64,000 nt of DNA from Planctomycetota bacterium. Lineage in GTDB: Bacteria > Planctomycetota > JAJSAM01 > JAJVHW01. Positions 9,004-19,016 of the stretch are shown piece after piece. The notes under the pieces are model-generated. The model was not told where the DNA came from. It searched no databases and saw only the letters and a list, made by a program, of their open reading frames with translations. Both the position numbers and the translations under genes were made by a program. Where the stretch lies: assembly GCA_021776825.1 (NCBI GenBank), contig JAJFFG010000128.1:353-64352 (forward strand). Reading direction: 5' to 3'. Position 1 is the stretch's first letter; each line of letters starts with the position of its first letter.

Positions 9004-10703
9004 CCCTGCTGCAGAAGGAGTGGCGCGACGCCCGCGCAATCACGCTGGCGTCGGCGATCCTGGCGCCCCTCGCGCTCGTCGCCGCGGAGCACTGGTTTCT
9101 TCGGGAGCAGTACGCCGAGTTCGCGGCGGTCGTGCTGGTGCCCGGCCTGATCGGACTGTTCGCCGCGGTCATCGCGTCGGACGTGATCGCTGCCGACGTC
9201 TCGACGCGCCGCTCCCATTCGATGGCCGCGCTGCCGACCAGCGCCCGCACGCTCTGGCTCTCCAAAGTGGTCGCGCTCGTCGCGTTGACGCTCCTCTTCG
9301 GCGCGTGGGTGCATCTGTTCGAGATTCTGCACTACGGGTTCGCTCAGTCGTGGGACCGCGCCTCCGCGTTCACCGCGGGCATCCCGGCCGGTCTCACGAA
9401 CCTGGTCATCGCCGTTCCCATCGTCGCGGCTGTGCTCCTGTTCTCGACACTCCTCGAACGCGGGTTCGCCTGCGTATGCGGCGGCGTGGTCCTCATCGTC
9501 GGCATCGCCGCCTCGGCGTTCCTGGTGGACTGGCACGCTCTCGAGTTCGTCCCGACCGAGACGGAGGCGCGCTGGGTCGGCGTGCTGCTGGCCGCGGTGT
9601 TCTTGGGCGGCTCTGCCATGGCGTTCATCCGCGGACCGGTGCATGTGGCGTCACTCCTGCGGCGCTCGGTGCTGGCGTTTGCTTTGCCCCTGGCCGTGCT
9701 CGTACCGACCACCGTCGCCACCGCCGCGGTGCTCGTCGAACGGCGCAGTGTCGAACCGGGTGACCCGGACGTCACCCTGAAGCTGATCGAGACGTCGGAC
9801 GACGGCGAGCATCTCATCCTGAACGCCTGGAGGCGCCGCCGAGACGCCCAGCACCGCACGTGGGTTCTGCACGTCCCGACCGGACGCATCACACAGCTAC
9901 CGCACACGAATCTCACTCTGGACCAGCGCATCCGCTGGACGGACGAGGGCCACCTCAGAATGTGGCAGCATGAGCGCCCCAGTCGCTTCAGTCGGAAGCT
10001 CGAACCGACGCTCCACCGCACGATCGATCTGGCGACGGGCCAGGTGGTGCGAACGCGCTCCTACGATCAGGTGGTCGCCGACGAAGGGAACAACCCGTTC
10101 GCCTACGACACCGGATGGGGACGGATCGAGCGTCGCCCCGAGAAGCAGATCATCCAGTGGCACGGTCACGACCTCGATGTCGAGGTCCAGCAGCGCGTTC
10201 CGGTGCAGCTGTCGCGCAAGCCCGGCTTCGCCGTGCACACGCAGTCCGCTGCGCGGGGCGCCGCGACGCAAGTGGTGCTTCACGACCTGCGTGCCGGGAC
10301 ATCCAAGGTCGTCGTCGAGCGGGCCGGCACCTGCAACACGTACTTCTCGCCGAAGGGGGAGTACCTGCGGGTCCTCTCGAGCTCGCGCTGCGTGATCGTG
10401 CGTGTGCGCGACGGCAACGTCGCGTGGGACGGCGCGCGCTCCGGGTGCTTCCCGCACTGGGGCGGCGGCTCCGTCGATCGGTTCGCGCTGCTCTTCGGAA
10501 GTGACGTCCCGACGCGAGTCCTCGACCTCGAAACCGGCCAGGAACGCGAGCTCGCCGAGAACCCCAATTCCTACGGCGCACCTTGGGACCTCGTCCACGC
10601 CCGTGCGTCGGGCGAGATCGTCCAGATCCACAGCGACGGCTCGATCCGGCTCCACGAGTCGGACGGCGATGAGCGAACCCTCTACAGCCCGAGAAAGGAG
10701 TAG
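8988..10703 (+). CDS. ABC-2 type permease with large C-terminal soluble (beta-propeller-like) domain
   Basis: 'LLQKEWRDAR' ABC-2 start; 'ALPTSARTLWLSKV' motif; about 7 TM helices followed by about 300 aa of beta-rich sequence. Confidence 0.75.
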   Translation: MRCFLTLLQKEWRDARAITLASAILAPLALVAAEHWFLREQYAEFAAVVLVPGLIGLFAAVIASDVIAADVSTRRSHSMAALPTSARTLWLSKVVALVALTLLFGAWVHLFEILHYGFAQSWDRASAFTAGIPAGLTNLVIAVPIVAAVLLFSTLLERGFACVCGGVVLIVGIAASAFLVDWHALEFVPTETEARWVGVLLAAVFLGGSAMAFIRGPVHVASLLRRSVLAFALPLAVLVPTTVATAAVLVERRSVEPGDPDVTLKLIETSDDGEHLILNAWRRRRDAQHRTWVLHVPTGRITQLPHTNLTLDQRIRWTDEGHLRMWQHERPSRFSRKLEPTLHRTIDLATGQVVRTRSYDQVVADEGNNPFAYDTGWGRIERRPEKQIIQWHGHDLDVEVQQRVPVQLSRKPGFAVHTQSAARGAATQVVLHDLRAGTSKVVVERAGTCNTYFSPKGEYLRVLSSSRCVIVRVRDGNVAWDGARSGCFPHWGGGSVDRFALLFGSDVPTRVLDLETGQERELAENPNSYGAPWDLVHARASGEIVQIHSDGSIRLHESDGDERTLYSPRKE

Positions 10704-10705
10704 AC

Positions 10706-12475
10706 ATGCGCGCGTTCTCGGCCCTGATCGACAAGGAGTGGCGCGCCGCGCGCCCGATCGTCTTCGCGTCGATGGTGCTCGCCGTGCTCTTCACGCTCGG
10801 CGTCAACCACTGGGCATTCCACTGGCAAGAGCCGGACCTCACCGGACGCTGGATCGTCCCCGGCCTCACCGCGCTGTTCACGGCAGTGATCGCCGCCGAC
10901 CTCGTCTCTGCGGAGCGCGGCGCCGGCCGTGACCGAGCGTTCGCCACGCTGCCGGTGCGCGGACGCACTCTGTGGGCCGCCAAGGTCGCGTTTCTGGTCG
11001 CGGCCGTGACGACGTTCGCCTCGTTCGCCATCCTCTTGCAGCTCGTCGGCCACGCATTTCTCGCGCAGCCGCAGATCGCGCTCGAGGTGTTCCCCGCGGC
11101 CGCAGACGGCATCCCGTTCATCCCCGTGATCATCGGCGTGGGCGGCACCGTGCTGTTCTTCTCGACCCTCGTGCCGCGCGGGTTCGCGGCCGCCGTCGCC
11201 GGGATGGTCGTCGTCGCCGCCGCCGTGTGGGCCCCGTTCCAGCCCGACTGGACCGCCTACGACCTCCAGCCGTCGAAGGCGATCCTGCTCACGGCATCCG
11301 GCGTGCTCGGGACCCTGCTCGCGATCGGCTCGCTGAACGTGTTCGCCCGCGGACCGATCCACTCCGCCGGCTGGGTCCGGCGCTCGTGCCTAGCCCTGAT
11401 CATCCCCGTCGCGGTGCTCGGCGTCGCCGGCACGGCAACCGCCGCGACGCTCTCGTCATGGATGGCGATGCCGCTCGGCGAGACCCCGATCGCCGCGATG
11501 GTCGCGTCCCCGGACGGGAAGCTCTTGGCGGTCACGTTGGCTCGCCAGGGTCGGCGCCAGCGACACGTCTGGATCGTGCCCACCGATGGCGGCGCCGCCG
11601 TCGCGGTCGATGGACACCGCGTCCTGTTCGACACGGACGCGTGGCAGCCGGACGGCACGCTGCGGGTGTGGACGCACCAGGTGAGTGTCAATGGTCACCA
11701 CTATCAGGATCCGCGCCCGGTGCTGCGCCAAGACGTCAACCCGCGAACGGGCATTCCCACGCGCAGCCTCACCGCGAACAAGCACGTCGAGGAGACCAAC
11801 CGCCACGCCGGGCCGCGGAAGCTCATCTACGGTGTCCGCGACTGGACGGACCGGGGCGTCTGGGGCCAGCTGCTTCCGGATCGGACAACCCGCGAGTACC
11901 GGATCGTCGCCAAGCATCTGAATCTCGACGTGACGGTGCGGAGCGTGGCCCATGCGCGCATCTCGGCCCGACCGGGCTGCCTGCTGTTCACGCCGGAACT
12001 CGGAGTACTCCTGCACCGCGATCTGCGGACTGGAGAGGACCTGCTCCGCATCGAGGGCACCGACTACATCTCGGCGACCACGTCGGGTGACGGGCGGCTG
12101 CTCCACGTGTTCGAACAATTTCCCGACGGTCGCAAGGTCGTCCGCATCCTGGACGCCGACACGGGCGCCCGAGTCGCGGGACCGTTCGGGGCCGTGAAGT
12201 CCGGAGACGACCCGCGGTCGGGTGTCCGCCCTTATCAGCTCGGACCCGATGTCAGTGACTGGGTGCTGCTGTACGACACGGCCGGCGGTCGCGGCAAGCT
12301 GCTCAACGTGCGCACGAAGGCCGAGCGGCCGTGGACATGGACCTCAGGCGGGAACGGTTGGCCGCCACCGATCGCCTGCACCGTCCCCGGCCTCGGGACC
12401 GCGTTCTCCGTGGACGGCCGCATCGAGATCCGCGACGACCGTGGCGAGCTCGTCCGCACGCTGCTCACCGACTGA
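10706..12475 (+). CDS. ABC-2 type permease with C-terminal TolB-like propeller, paralog of the preceding gene
   Basis: 'LIDKEWRAAR', 'TLPVRGRTLWAAKV' and 'ARGPIH' shared with the previous gene; SPDGK and SGDGR propeller repeats; AAGGAG RBS. Confidence 0.75.
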   Translation: MRAFSALIDKEWRAARPIVFASMVLAVLFTLGVNHWAFHWQEPDLTGRWIVPGLTALFTAVIAADLVSAERGAGRDRAFATLPVRGRTLWAAKVAFLVAAVTTFASFAILLQLVGHAFLAQPQIALEVFPAAADGIPFIPVIIGVGGTVLFFSTLVPRGFAAAVAGMVVVAAAVWAPFQPDWTAYDLQPSKAILLTASGVLGTLLAIGSLNVFARGPIHSAGWVRRSCLALIIPVAVLGVAGTATAATLSSWMAMPLGETPIAAMVASPDGKLLAVTLARQGRRQRHVWIVPTDGGAAVAVDGHRVLFDTDAWQPDGTLRVWTHQVSVNGHHYQDPRPVLRQDVNPRTGIPTRSLTANKHVEETNRHAGPRKLIYGVRDWTDRGVWGQLLPDRTTREYRIVAKHLNLDVTVRSVAHARISARPGCLLFTPELGVLLHRDLRTGEDLLRIEGTDYISATTSGDGRLLHVFEQFPDGRKVVRILDADTGARVAGPFGAVKSGDDPRSGVRPYQLGPDVSDWVLLYDTAGGRGKLLNVRTKAERPWTWTSGGNGWPPPIACTVPGLGTAFSVDGRIEIRDDRGELVRTLLTD

Positions 12476-12533
12476 CGTCGTCTCCTGGCGGTGTCTCTCT
12501 TGACCGGGAGCGCCGCGGTATCCTCGACCCGCG

Positions 12534-14171
12534 ATGCGTCGCGCGCTCCCCCTCGTCATCCTGCTGCTTCTCGCTGGGATCGGAGTCTGGACCCTGCTCG
12601 GCCCCGACGACACGGGGCCGCCGCCACGCGACGCGCCGGCGACGACCGAGCGCGCCGAGCCTCCCGAACGACGCCGAGCGCAGCCCGATCCGGAACCGCC
12701 GCCGGAGCCTCCCCCACCTCCGAGCGAGCCAGGTGAGTGGACGGTCCGCGTGCTGGGACGCGACGACGTCCCGGTCCCCGGCGCCACCGTCGTCGTCGGC
12801 GTGGCGCGGTCAGACCTGGACCATCGCAACGCGAACGACGAGCGAGTCACCACCGGGCTGACCGACTCCGACGGAGCGCTGTCGTTCGAGGCGCCGGCGG
12901 ACGAGCGTGAGTACGAGGCCGCGACCGGTCTCGACCCGCAGGTGCGGGCGCCCTTCGCCAGCGGAGTGGCGACGCTGCGTGTGCCGCGCGGCGTGCCGAT
13001 GTCGATCCGTGTCGTCGACTCCGAGACCGGAGAGATCGTCGCGACCGACATCGATCTCGTGCGGACATCGTTCATCGGCACCGTGCTGGCGCGTCAGACA
13101 CTCCCCCGACGTGGCTCGGAGACGTACGTCGGCGCCACCACGGCCGAGCCCGGTGGGGAGATCGCGCTGAAGCTGCGGCCAGACGCCCAGGCGGGATACG
13201 TCGTTGCGTCGAATACCTCCCACTTCGCGAACCTGAGCATTCGGACGCGCGCGCTGCGCGTCACCGTACCGATCCGGCCCCAGGCGAAGCTGCGCGTGCG
13301 CGTTCTCGACCACCTCGATCAGCCCGTCGAGGGTGCCGAGATCAAGAGGGTGCAGATCTCGGGGACGCCGCATCCGTACCGCGCCGCCGCAACGGACGCC
13401 CGCGGCGAGACGGGGCTCCGTGACGTCATGTTCATCCGCGGCAACCGCATTCGTGTGCGCGCCGCAAAGGGGAGGCTCTGGGCGTGGTCTGCTCCGTTCC
13501 GTCCCGCACACAACGACGAGTCGCTGCTCCTCACGGTCCGCCTTCCCGAGGTGGAGCCGGTCGACTTCGGCGGCCCGAGCAACGGCATGATCGGGATCGG
13601 GGGCGGAGCCGGCCCGGACGCACGCACGGTCGCCGAGAAGGACCTGACCTCCATCACGCTCCGCGTCGTCGCCGCCGACGGTACGCGCCCCGAGAACGTG
13701 CGCGTCTGGATCAAGGCCGAGGGCCAACGACAACTCCGCCACGCCCGCACGGACGAGAACGGTGACGCGGTGTTCGAGCGGCTGCGGCCCGGCACGTACC
13801 ACGCCGCATCGGCCGATCCGGGCATGGTGCCGGCGTCGGGCACCGTCACGACAGAGCCCGGCGAGCACGCGTCGCTGCTGCTTCGCGAGACCGCAGGCCG
13901 CATGCTGAGCGTGCTCGTGCTCGACAAGGACGGCAACCCCTTCTCCCACGCACGGGTCTACGTCGGTGTCGACGTCCACGGGCAGCGTATCGCCGTCCAG
14001 CGCGTCGTCGATGGCGTCCAGGACGTGCCGCTGCTCGCCGACGCAGACGGGCGGGTGATCCTGACGAACGCCCCAGAGGGCACGCTCGTCGTCAACGCCA
14101 GCTACGGAGCTCTGAACGAGGGCACAGAGTCGGACGCCCAGGACGTCGAGATCACGCTCGGCGGCGACTGA
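12534..14171 (+). CDS. Carboxypeptidase-regulatory-like beta-sandwich repeat protein
   Basis: N-terminal TM, Pro-rich linker, repeated 'VRVLD..G.PV.GA' / 'TD..G' units. Confidence 0.75.
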   Translation: MRRALPLVILLLLAGIGVWTLLGPDDTGPPPRDAPATTERAEPPERRRAQPDPEPPPEPPPPPSEPGEWTVRVLGRDDVPVPGATVVVGVARSDLDHRNANDERVTTGLTDSDGALSFEAPADEREYEAATGLDPQVRAPFASGVATLRVPRGVPMSIRVVDSETGEIVATDIDLVRTSFIGTVLARQTLPRRGSETYVGATTAEPGGEIALKLRPDAQAGYVVASNTSHFANLSIRTRALRVTVPIRPQAKLRVRVLDHLDQPVEGAEIKRVQISGTPHPYRAAATDARGETGLRDVMFIRGNRIRVRAAKGRLWAWSAPFRPAHNDESLLLTVRLPEVEPVDFGGPSNGMIGIGGGAGPDARTVAEKDLTSITLRVVAADGTRPENVRVWIKAEGQRQLRHARTDENGDAVFERLRPGTYHAASADPGMVPASGTVTTEPGEHASLLLRETAGRMLSVLVLDKDGNPFSHARVYVGVDVHGQRIAVQRVVDGVQDVPLLADADGRVILTNAPEGTLVVNASYGALNEGTESDAQDVEITLGGD

Positions 14172-14200
14172 GCGGGCGCGACGGCGTACGCTCGGGACGG

Positions 14201-15850
14201 ATGCGACGCCTGACTCTCCCGCTGCTGCTTGTGCTCCTCGCGGTGATCGTGGCGCTCGTGATGTGCGAGCCGACAGCGGTGGAGCCGGTCGACGGGCCGG
14301 CCGAGCGAGCCAGCGAAGCCGAGATCGATCCGAGCCCGGACGAACTACCTGGGCGACGTGAGCGCGCTCGCGCGCCGCGGGTTGCCACAGCCAACCGCGC
14401 GCCGGCGGCCGTCGACGAGACCGCGACCGGACAGTGGCGCATCCGCGTGCTCGGCCGCGACGACGCCCCGATCGCTGGCGTACGGGTCGAGGTCACGGAG
14501 GAGACCCCCGAGGAACAGGGGGCGGTCCTCGAGATGCAGTCGACCCACCGGACGGACGCCAACGGAGTCACGTACGCCGACCCACTGCCCGCCGGCAGCA
14601 CGGGGACCGTGCGTTGCGACAACCTCGAGACCGCGGCGGTGCCGTACGAGCCGGAGACCGTGCTCCGGATCGAAGACGCGTTGCCCGTGACCGTCGCGCC
14701 CGTCGACGGCTGGTCGGGCGCGCCCCTCCCGGTCGACGTCCTGCTCCTCGGTTCGGCCACTCCGCTCGCCCTCGAACGCGATGGCGCGCTTCGACGCGTG
14801 GCGGCGTCGCCCGTGCGGCCCGGTCGCACGGGCCACCTGGCGTTCCGCATCGAAGCCGCACCCGAACGGTCCATCCCGTGGACCACCGTCGCATGGGGCG
14901 AGATCAGCGCACTCGCGGACGAGCTGCACGTGACGGCGGCCGTGCCACGGGAGGTGCAGCTCACCGTGCGTGTCACCGACTCGAGCGATCTACCGGTGGC
15001 GGGCGCGGAGCTCGCCGACGTGCACCGAGGCGGCTGGATCGACGACGTGATGGCCGGCGTGGCGAGCGACGCGGCCGGAGTCCTCGTCGTGCGTCGGACG
15101 CCGTTCTTTCGCGGGGACCGCATCGCCGTCGGTGTGTTCCTCGCCAATCGCTACGCGGTCTCGAACGAGATCGTGCTGCGCGAGGTCGATCAGGCGATCA
15201 GGCTCCACGCCCACGTCCCCGACGACGCGGACCCGAAGGTCTCCGATCACAACGAGGTCGACGTCGAGAGCCCCGACTACCGGAGGCCGTCGCGGTGGCT
15301 CGATGAGGCCGGAGCCGCATCACTGCACGTCCAGGTGAGGACGCGTCGGGGAGAGCGCGCGTGGATACCCGTCTCGGTCCTGACGGACGGCCAGCCGCGC
15401 GATCGCGGGTGGCGTGTCTGGACGGATGCTCACGGCGTCGCCGAGTTCCGTGGACTCCCGCCAGGACGCTGCAAGGTCATCGTGACCGACCCCGGGCTGA
15501 CGTGCTCGGTCACGGACGTCACGCTCGGCACCGGAGAAGCGCGGCGACTCGAGGTGCGCGATCCCGCGGGTCGACCACTCACCATCCGTGTCGTCGACCA
15601 CGATGGCGTCGCGCTCCCGTTTGCGGAGCTCCGCCTCTCCCGCGACGTTGCGGTGGGGTTCCCCAACGTGCGTGTCGCGCACGTGGTCGACGGGGTCCAA
15701 CACCTTCCCATCGTGACGGACCAGCATGGCGTGCTGCGCCTGACGGACGCTCCGCCGGGCGAGATCGAGATCATGGCTCGCTACGGGCATCGCTCTGCCA
15801 CCGTCGACGGGGCAGCGTCGGAGATCGTCGTGCGGCTGCCCGAGCGCTGA
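14201..15850 (+). CDS. Carboxypeptidase-regulatory-like beta-sandwich repeat protein (paralog 2)
   Basis: Same architecture; C-terminal 'VVDGVQHLPIVTD..GVLRLT.APPG' shared with neighbours. Confidence 0.75.
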   Translation: MRRLTLPLLLVLLAVIVALVMCEPTAVEPVDGPAERASEAEIDPSPDELPGRRERARAPRVATANRAPAAVDETATGQWRIRVLGRDDAPIAGVRVEVTEETPEEQGAVLEMQSTHRTDANGVTYADPLPAGSTGTVRCDNLETAAVPYEPETVLRIEDALPVTVAPVDGWSGAPLPVDVLLLGSATPLALERDGALRRVAASPVRPGRTGHLAFRIEAAPERSIPWTTVAWGEISALADELHVTAAVPREVQLTVRVTDSSDLPVAGAELADVHRGGWIDDVMAGVASDAAGVLVVRRTPFFRGDRIAVGVFLANRYAVSNEIVLREVDQAIRLHAHVPDDADPKVSDHNEVDVESPDYRRPSRWLDEAGAASLHVQVRTRRGERAWIPVSVLTDGQPRDRGWRVWTDAHGVAEFRGLPPGRCKVIVTDPGLTCSVTDVTLGTGEARRLEVRDPAGRPLTIRVVDHDGVALPFAELRLSRDVAVGFPNVRVAHVVDGVQHLPIVTDQHGVLRLTDAPPGEIEIMARYGHRSATVDGAASEIVVRLPER

Positions 15851-16008
15851 GTGGCGAGGCTCCGGCGTCCTGCCCAATGCCCCGCCGAGAACGCGCGTCG
15901 GTCGCGCGGGCTGAAGCGCCCCCAACGAAGGCGCGGAGCCGGACGCGGGGGCGTCGAGATCACGCTCGGCGGCGACGAAGCGGGCGCGGGGCCGTACGCT
16001 CGGGACCG

Positions 16009-17676
16009 ATGCGACGCCTGACTCTTCCGCTGCTGCTCGTGCTCCTCGCGGTCATCGCCGCACTCGTCACGTGCGAGCCGACCCCGGTGGACAACCAGCG
16101 CGAACCGGCAGGCGAGGCTCACGCGTCAGCCGTCACTCCGGACCGTGCCGAACGGAATCGGGTCGCTGTCGCGGAGCAGCCGGCATCGTCTTCCCCCGCA
16201 CGGGACACCGACACGGAGGACAACGGCCCGGAACCGTGGCGCATCCGCATCGTCGGCCCGCACGGCGACCCGCTGTCTGGGGTCATCGTGGACGCATTCG
16301 CGCTGAAGCCGACCGACGATGGAGAGTTCATCGAGGACCAGATCGCGCGTCGCGCCACGAACTCCGAGGGTATCGCGTACGCGGCCGCTCTCCCGGCGGG
16401 CATGACGGGCGTCGTCCGCTGTAACTGGCTTGGCATGCTGACGGCGCCCTACGAGCGCGAGACGCTCCTGCGGGTCGAGGGGGCCCTTCGCGTGACGGTG
16501 GCGCCGGTGGACGCCAGCACCGGCCGGGCCGTCGACGCCGACATCGTCCTGGTGCAACGCGACTTCCCGCACGAACGCGGGGAGATCGAGACGACGCTCG
16601 CACGAGAGGGGGCACTGCGCGTGCTCGCGGCGGCGCCGCTCCAGGCGGGCGGTCATGCGAGTCTGACGTTCCGCGTCACGCCGACCGCCGGGTATCTCAC
16701 CGGGCACGGCGTCTGGGTGTCTGAGGAACTCAGTGCCCTCGCCGAGGAGCTCCACATCAGCGCTCCGATCCGACGGGAGGTGCAGCTCAGAGCACGTGTC
16801 TCGGACGACGACGGATCGGCTGTTGCCGGCGCGCGCCTCCGCGGCGTACTGCGCAATGGCGTGGCAATCCACTTCCTCGCCGCTGAGACCGGCGCTGACG
16901 GCGTCCTGGTCGTCCGGGGGCTCTCCTTCTTCCGCGGCGACCGGTTCGCGGTCGTCGCCGGGACCGATGAGCGCTGGGCGCAGTCGGAGACCTTCCTGCT
17001 CACCGACCCGGACCAGGAGTTCGACCTTCCGATTCGACTGCCAGAGACCTCGCCGGAGGCGTCGTGGCGGCCGCCGGAAAACGAGGACTTCTACGGGCCC
17101 GGTTGCGGGAGGCGCGGCGGGAACTGGCTCGGCGAGGACGACGACGCCGTGTTGCGCGTCCTCGCGCTCACACGCCGCGGGGAGCGCGCGGGCGTCGAGG
17201 TGGTGGTCGTCACGTCCGGGCAACCTCCCGATCGGCGCTGGAGGGTCGACACGGGCGCCGACGGCCTGGCGCTCTTCCCGAGACTCCCGCCGGGGCAGTT
17301 CGACATCATCGTCTCCGACCCGGGGATCACGGCGTCGCACACGCGGATCGACCTCGGCCCGGGCGAGCAACGCCATCTCACGCTGCGAGAGCCGGCCGGC
17401 CGGCCGCGGACGATCCGTGTCCTCGACAACGACGGCGCAGCCATCCCGTTCGCGCGGCTATCTCTCTCGCGGGAGGTTCACGAGATCGGCACCGTCCGTG
17501 TGGCCCACCTCGTCGACGGAGTGCAGCATCTGCCCATCGTGACGGACGCGCTCGGCGTCCTCCGCCTCACGAACGCGCCCCCCGGCGAGCTCCGCGTGGT
17601 GGCCCGCTACGGATCTCGCTCATCCGAGGCGACGAGCGAAGCGAGCGAGATCGTCATCCGGCTGCCCGAACGCTGA
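16009..17676 (+). CDS. Carboxypeptidase-regulatory-like beta-sandwich repeat protein (paralog 3, duplicate of 14201..15850)
   Basis: Identical start MRRLTLPLLLVLLAVI and end EIV.RLPER; duplicated upstream DNA; the 771-aa ORF-track start is an overextension. Confidence 0.75.
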   Translation: MRRLTLPLLLVLLAVIAALVTCEPTPVDNQREPAGEAHASAVTPDRAERNRVAVAEQPASSSPARDTDTEDNGPEPWRIRIVGPHGDPLSGVIVDAFALKPTDDGEFIEDQIARRATNSEGIAYAAALPAGMTGVVRCNWLGMLTAPYERETLLRVEGALRVTVAPVDASTGRAVDADIVLVQRDFPHERGEIETTLAREGALRVLAAAPLQAGGHASLTFRVTPTAGYLTGHGVWVSEELSALAEELHISAPIRREVQLRARVSDDDGSAVAGARLRGVLRNGVAIHFLAAETGADGVLVVRGLSFFRGDRFAVVAGTDERWAQSETFLLTDPDQEFDLPIRLPETSPEASWRPPENEDFYGPGCGRRGGNWLGEDDDAVLRVLALTRRGERAGVEVVVVTSGQPPDRRWRVDTGADGLALFPRLPPGQFDIIVSDPGITASHTRIDLGPGEQRHLTLREPAGRPRTIRVLDNDGAAIPFARLSLSREVHEIGTVRVAHLVDGVQHLPIVTDALGVLRLTNAPPGELRVVARYGSRSSEATSEASEIVIRLPER

Positions 17677-17694
17677 CCGGAGACGACGCTCCCC

Positions 17695-18474
17695 TCAGCG
17701 ACGTCGGCGACGGCGCGAGCGACCCGCGGACGCGGCGGGGCCGTAGGCCTGCGCGCAGCCCACGATCATCAGCAGCGACCAGGCGGCCCACGACATCAGG
17801 ATCAGCAACATGAACTGGCCGACCATGCCGATCTCGGCGAGCAGCTCGCGCGGCGTGAAGATGAAGACGACCGCGCAGAACCCGAACGACAAGACGAGCG
17901 TCGCGATGCGCACGGCGATCGCCCACCCCTGCATCAGGAAGCAGCCGACGTCGAGCAGCAGGCACACGAGCGCGTACATCATCGCGAGGATGTTGAACGT
18001 GAGCATCGAGCTCACGAGCGTCAGGCCCAGCACTAAGCAGTCGAGCACCAGCAGCACCGCCATGAAGAGTGGCGGAGTGGGCCGGATGGGCGCGCGATCG
18101 TCGAGAGGGCGCCGCCGGGGGCGCTCACGCGCTGCGGGCGCCGCGGCCGGAGCCGGCGCCTGACGCTGCGTGTTCGCCGCGGACTCGAACCGGACCACGC
18201 GCTTGGCCGGATACTCGTGCACGGGCTCTCGGTCTGGCTCGCGTGCTGGCTCGACGCGACTGCGCGCGGCGGCGGGCTGCTCCGTGCTCGGCTGGTCAGC
18301 GCTGGGTTGGTCGGCGCTGGACTGGTCGGCGCTGGGCTGGGCTGGGCTGGGCTGGGCGACGCTGGATTCGGCTGGGCTGGGCTGGTCGGGCCCGTAGTGC
18401 TCGACGAACCCGTCGTCGGTCTCCTCGACCCGACGGACGTTCCTCTTCTTCGGTCGGCGTCTGCGTTCGTCCAC
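17695..18474 (-). CDS. Hypothetical membrane protein with disordered N-terminus carrying QPSAD/QPSPA repeats
   Basis: Four C-terminal hydrophobic helices; begins 13 nt downstream of the co-oriented thioesterase. Confidence 0.6.
   Translation of the reverse strand: MDERRRRPKKRNVRRVEETDDGFVEHYGPDQPSPAESSVAQPSPAQPSADQSSADQPSADQPSTEQPAAARSRVEPAREPDREPVHEYPAKRVVRFESAANTQRQAPAPAAAPAARERPRRRPLDDRAPIRPTPPLFMAVLLVLDCLVLGLTLVSSMLTFNILAMMYALVCLLLDVGCFLMQGWAIAVRIATLVLSFGFCAVVFIFTPRELLAEIGMVGQFMLLILMSWAAWSLLMIVGCAQAYGPAASAGRSRRRRRR
18274..18390. repeat. Coding minisatellite (GCTGG pentamer / 15-bp unit)
   Basis: gctgg recurs at 18301, 18316, 18331, 18336, 18341, 18346, 18351, 18361, 18371, 18376 and 18381. 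Confidence 0.7.
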
Positions 18475-18487
18475 GTCGCCGCTCAGC

Positions 18488-18961
18488 CTACCAACGGTGA
18501 TACGCCGGGTGCCCCGGCTTCACGGCCACGAACACGCCACGACACGATGCCGTCACCTTGCCGTCGGCCTCGAGCGTCCCCTCGACGGTGGCGCGGTCGG
18601 CCCCAGCCTCGACGACCCGGGCACGAAGCGTCAGTTCCTCGCCGAGCGGCGTGGGGCGCCGCAGCTTGATCGTGTACTCGGCCGTCACGGTGCACGGCGG
18701 CCCGTCCGCGCTGGTCTCCGAATTGGCCGCCGCACGCAGGTGTTCGGCAGCGGTCCAGTTGCAGTGGCAGTCCAGCAGCGCCCCGACGATGCCGCCGTTC
18801 AGCATGCCCGGGAACGCCTGGTGGTGCTCGGCGGCGGTCCAGCGGCAGACGACCTCGTCGCCCTCGACGAAGCTCTTGATGCGCAGGCCGACCTCGTTGG
18901 CCGGTCCGCATCCGAAGCAGGCACTCTGCGGTGCGTAGGTGTCCTGCAGGCTCGTGCTCAT
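18488..18961 (-). CDS. PaaI family (hotdog-fold) thioesterase
   Basis: CFGCGPANEVGL, NGGIVGALLDCH, 'YTIKLRRPTP'; GGGAG RBS before ATG 18961. Confidence 0.88.
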   Translation of the reverse strand: MSTSLQDTYAPQSACFGCGPANEVGLRIKSFVEGDEVVCRWTAAEHHQAFPGMLNGGIVGALLDCHCNWTAAEHLRAAANSETSADGPPCTVTAEYTIKLRRPTPLGEELTLRARVVEAGADRATVEGTLEADGKVTASCRGVFVAVKPGHPAYHRW

Positions 18962-19016
18962 GCGCTGTCTCCCGTCGACGCGTAGCATCGCACGCAGCGA
19001 GGAAGGGGCGCGATCG

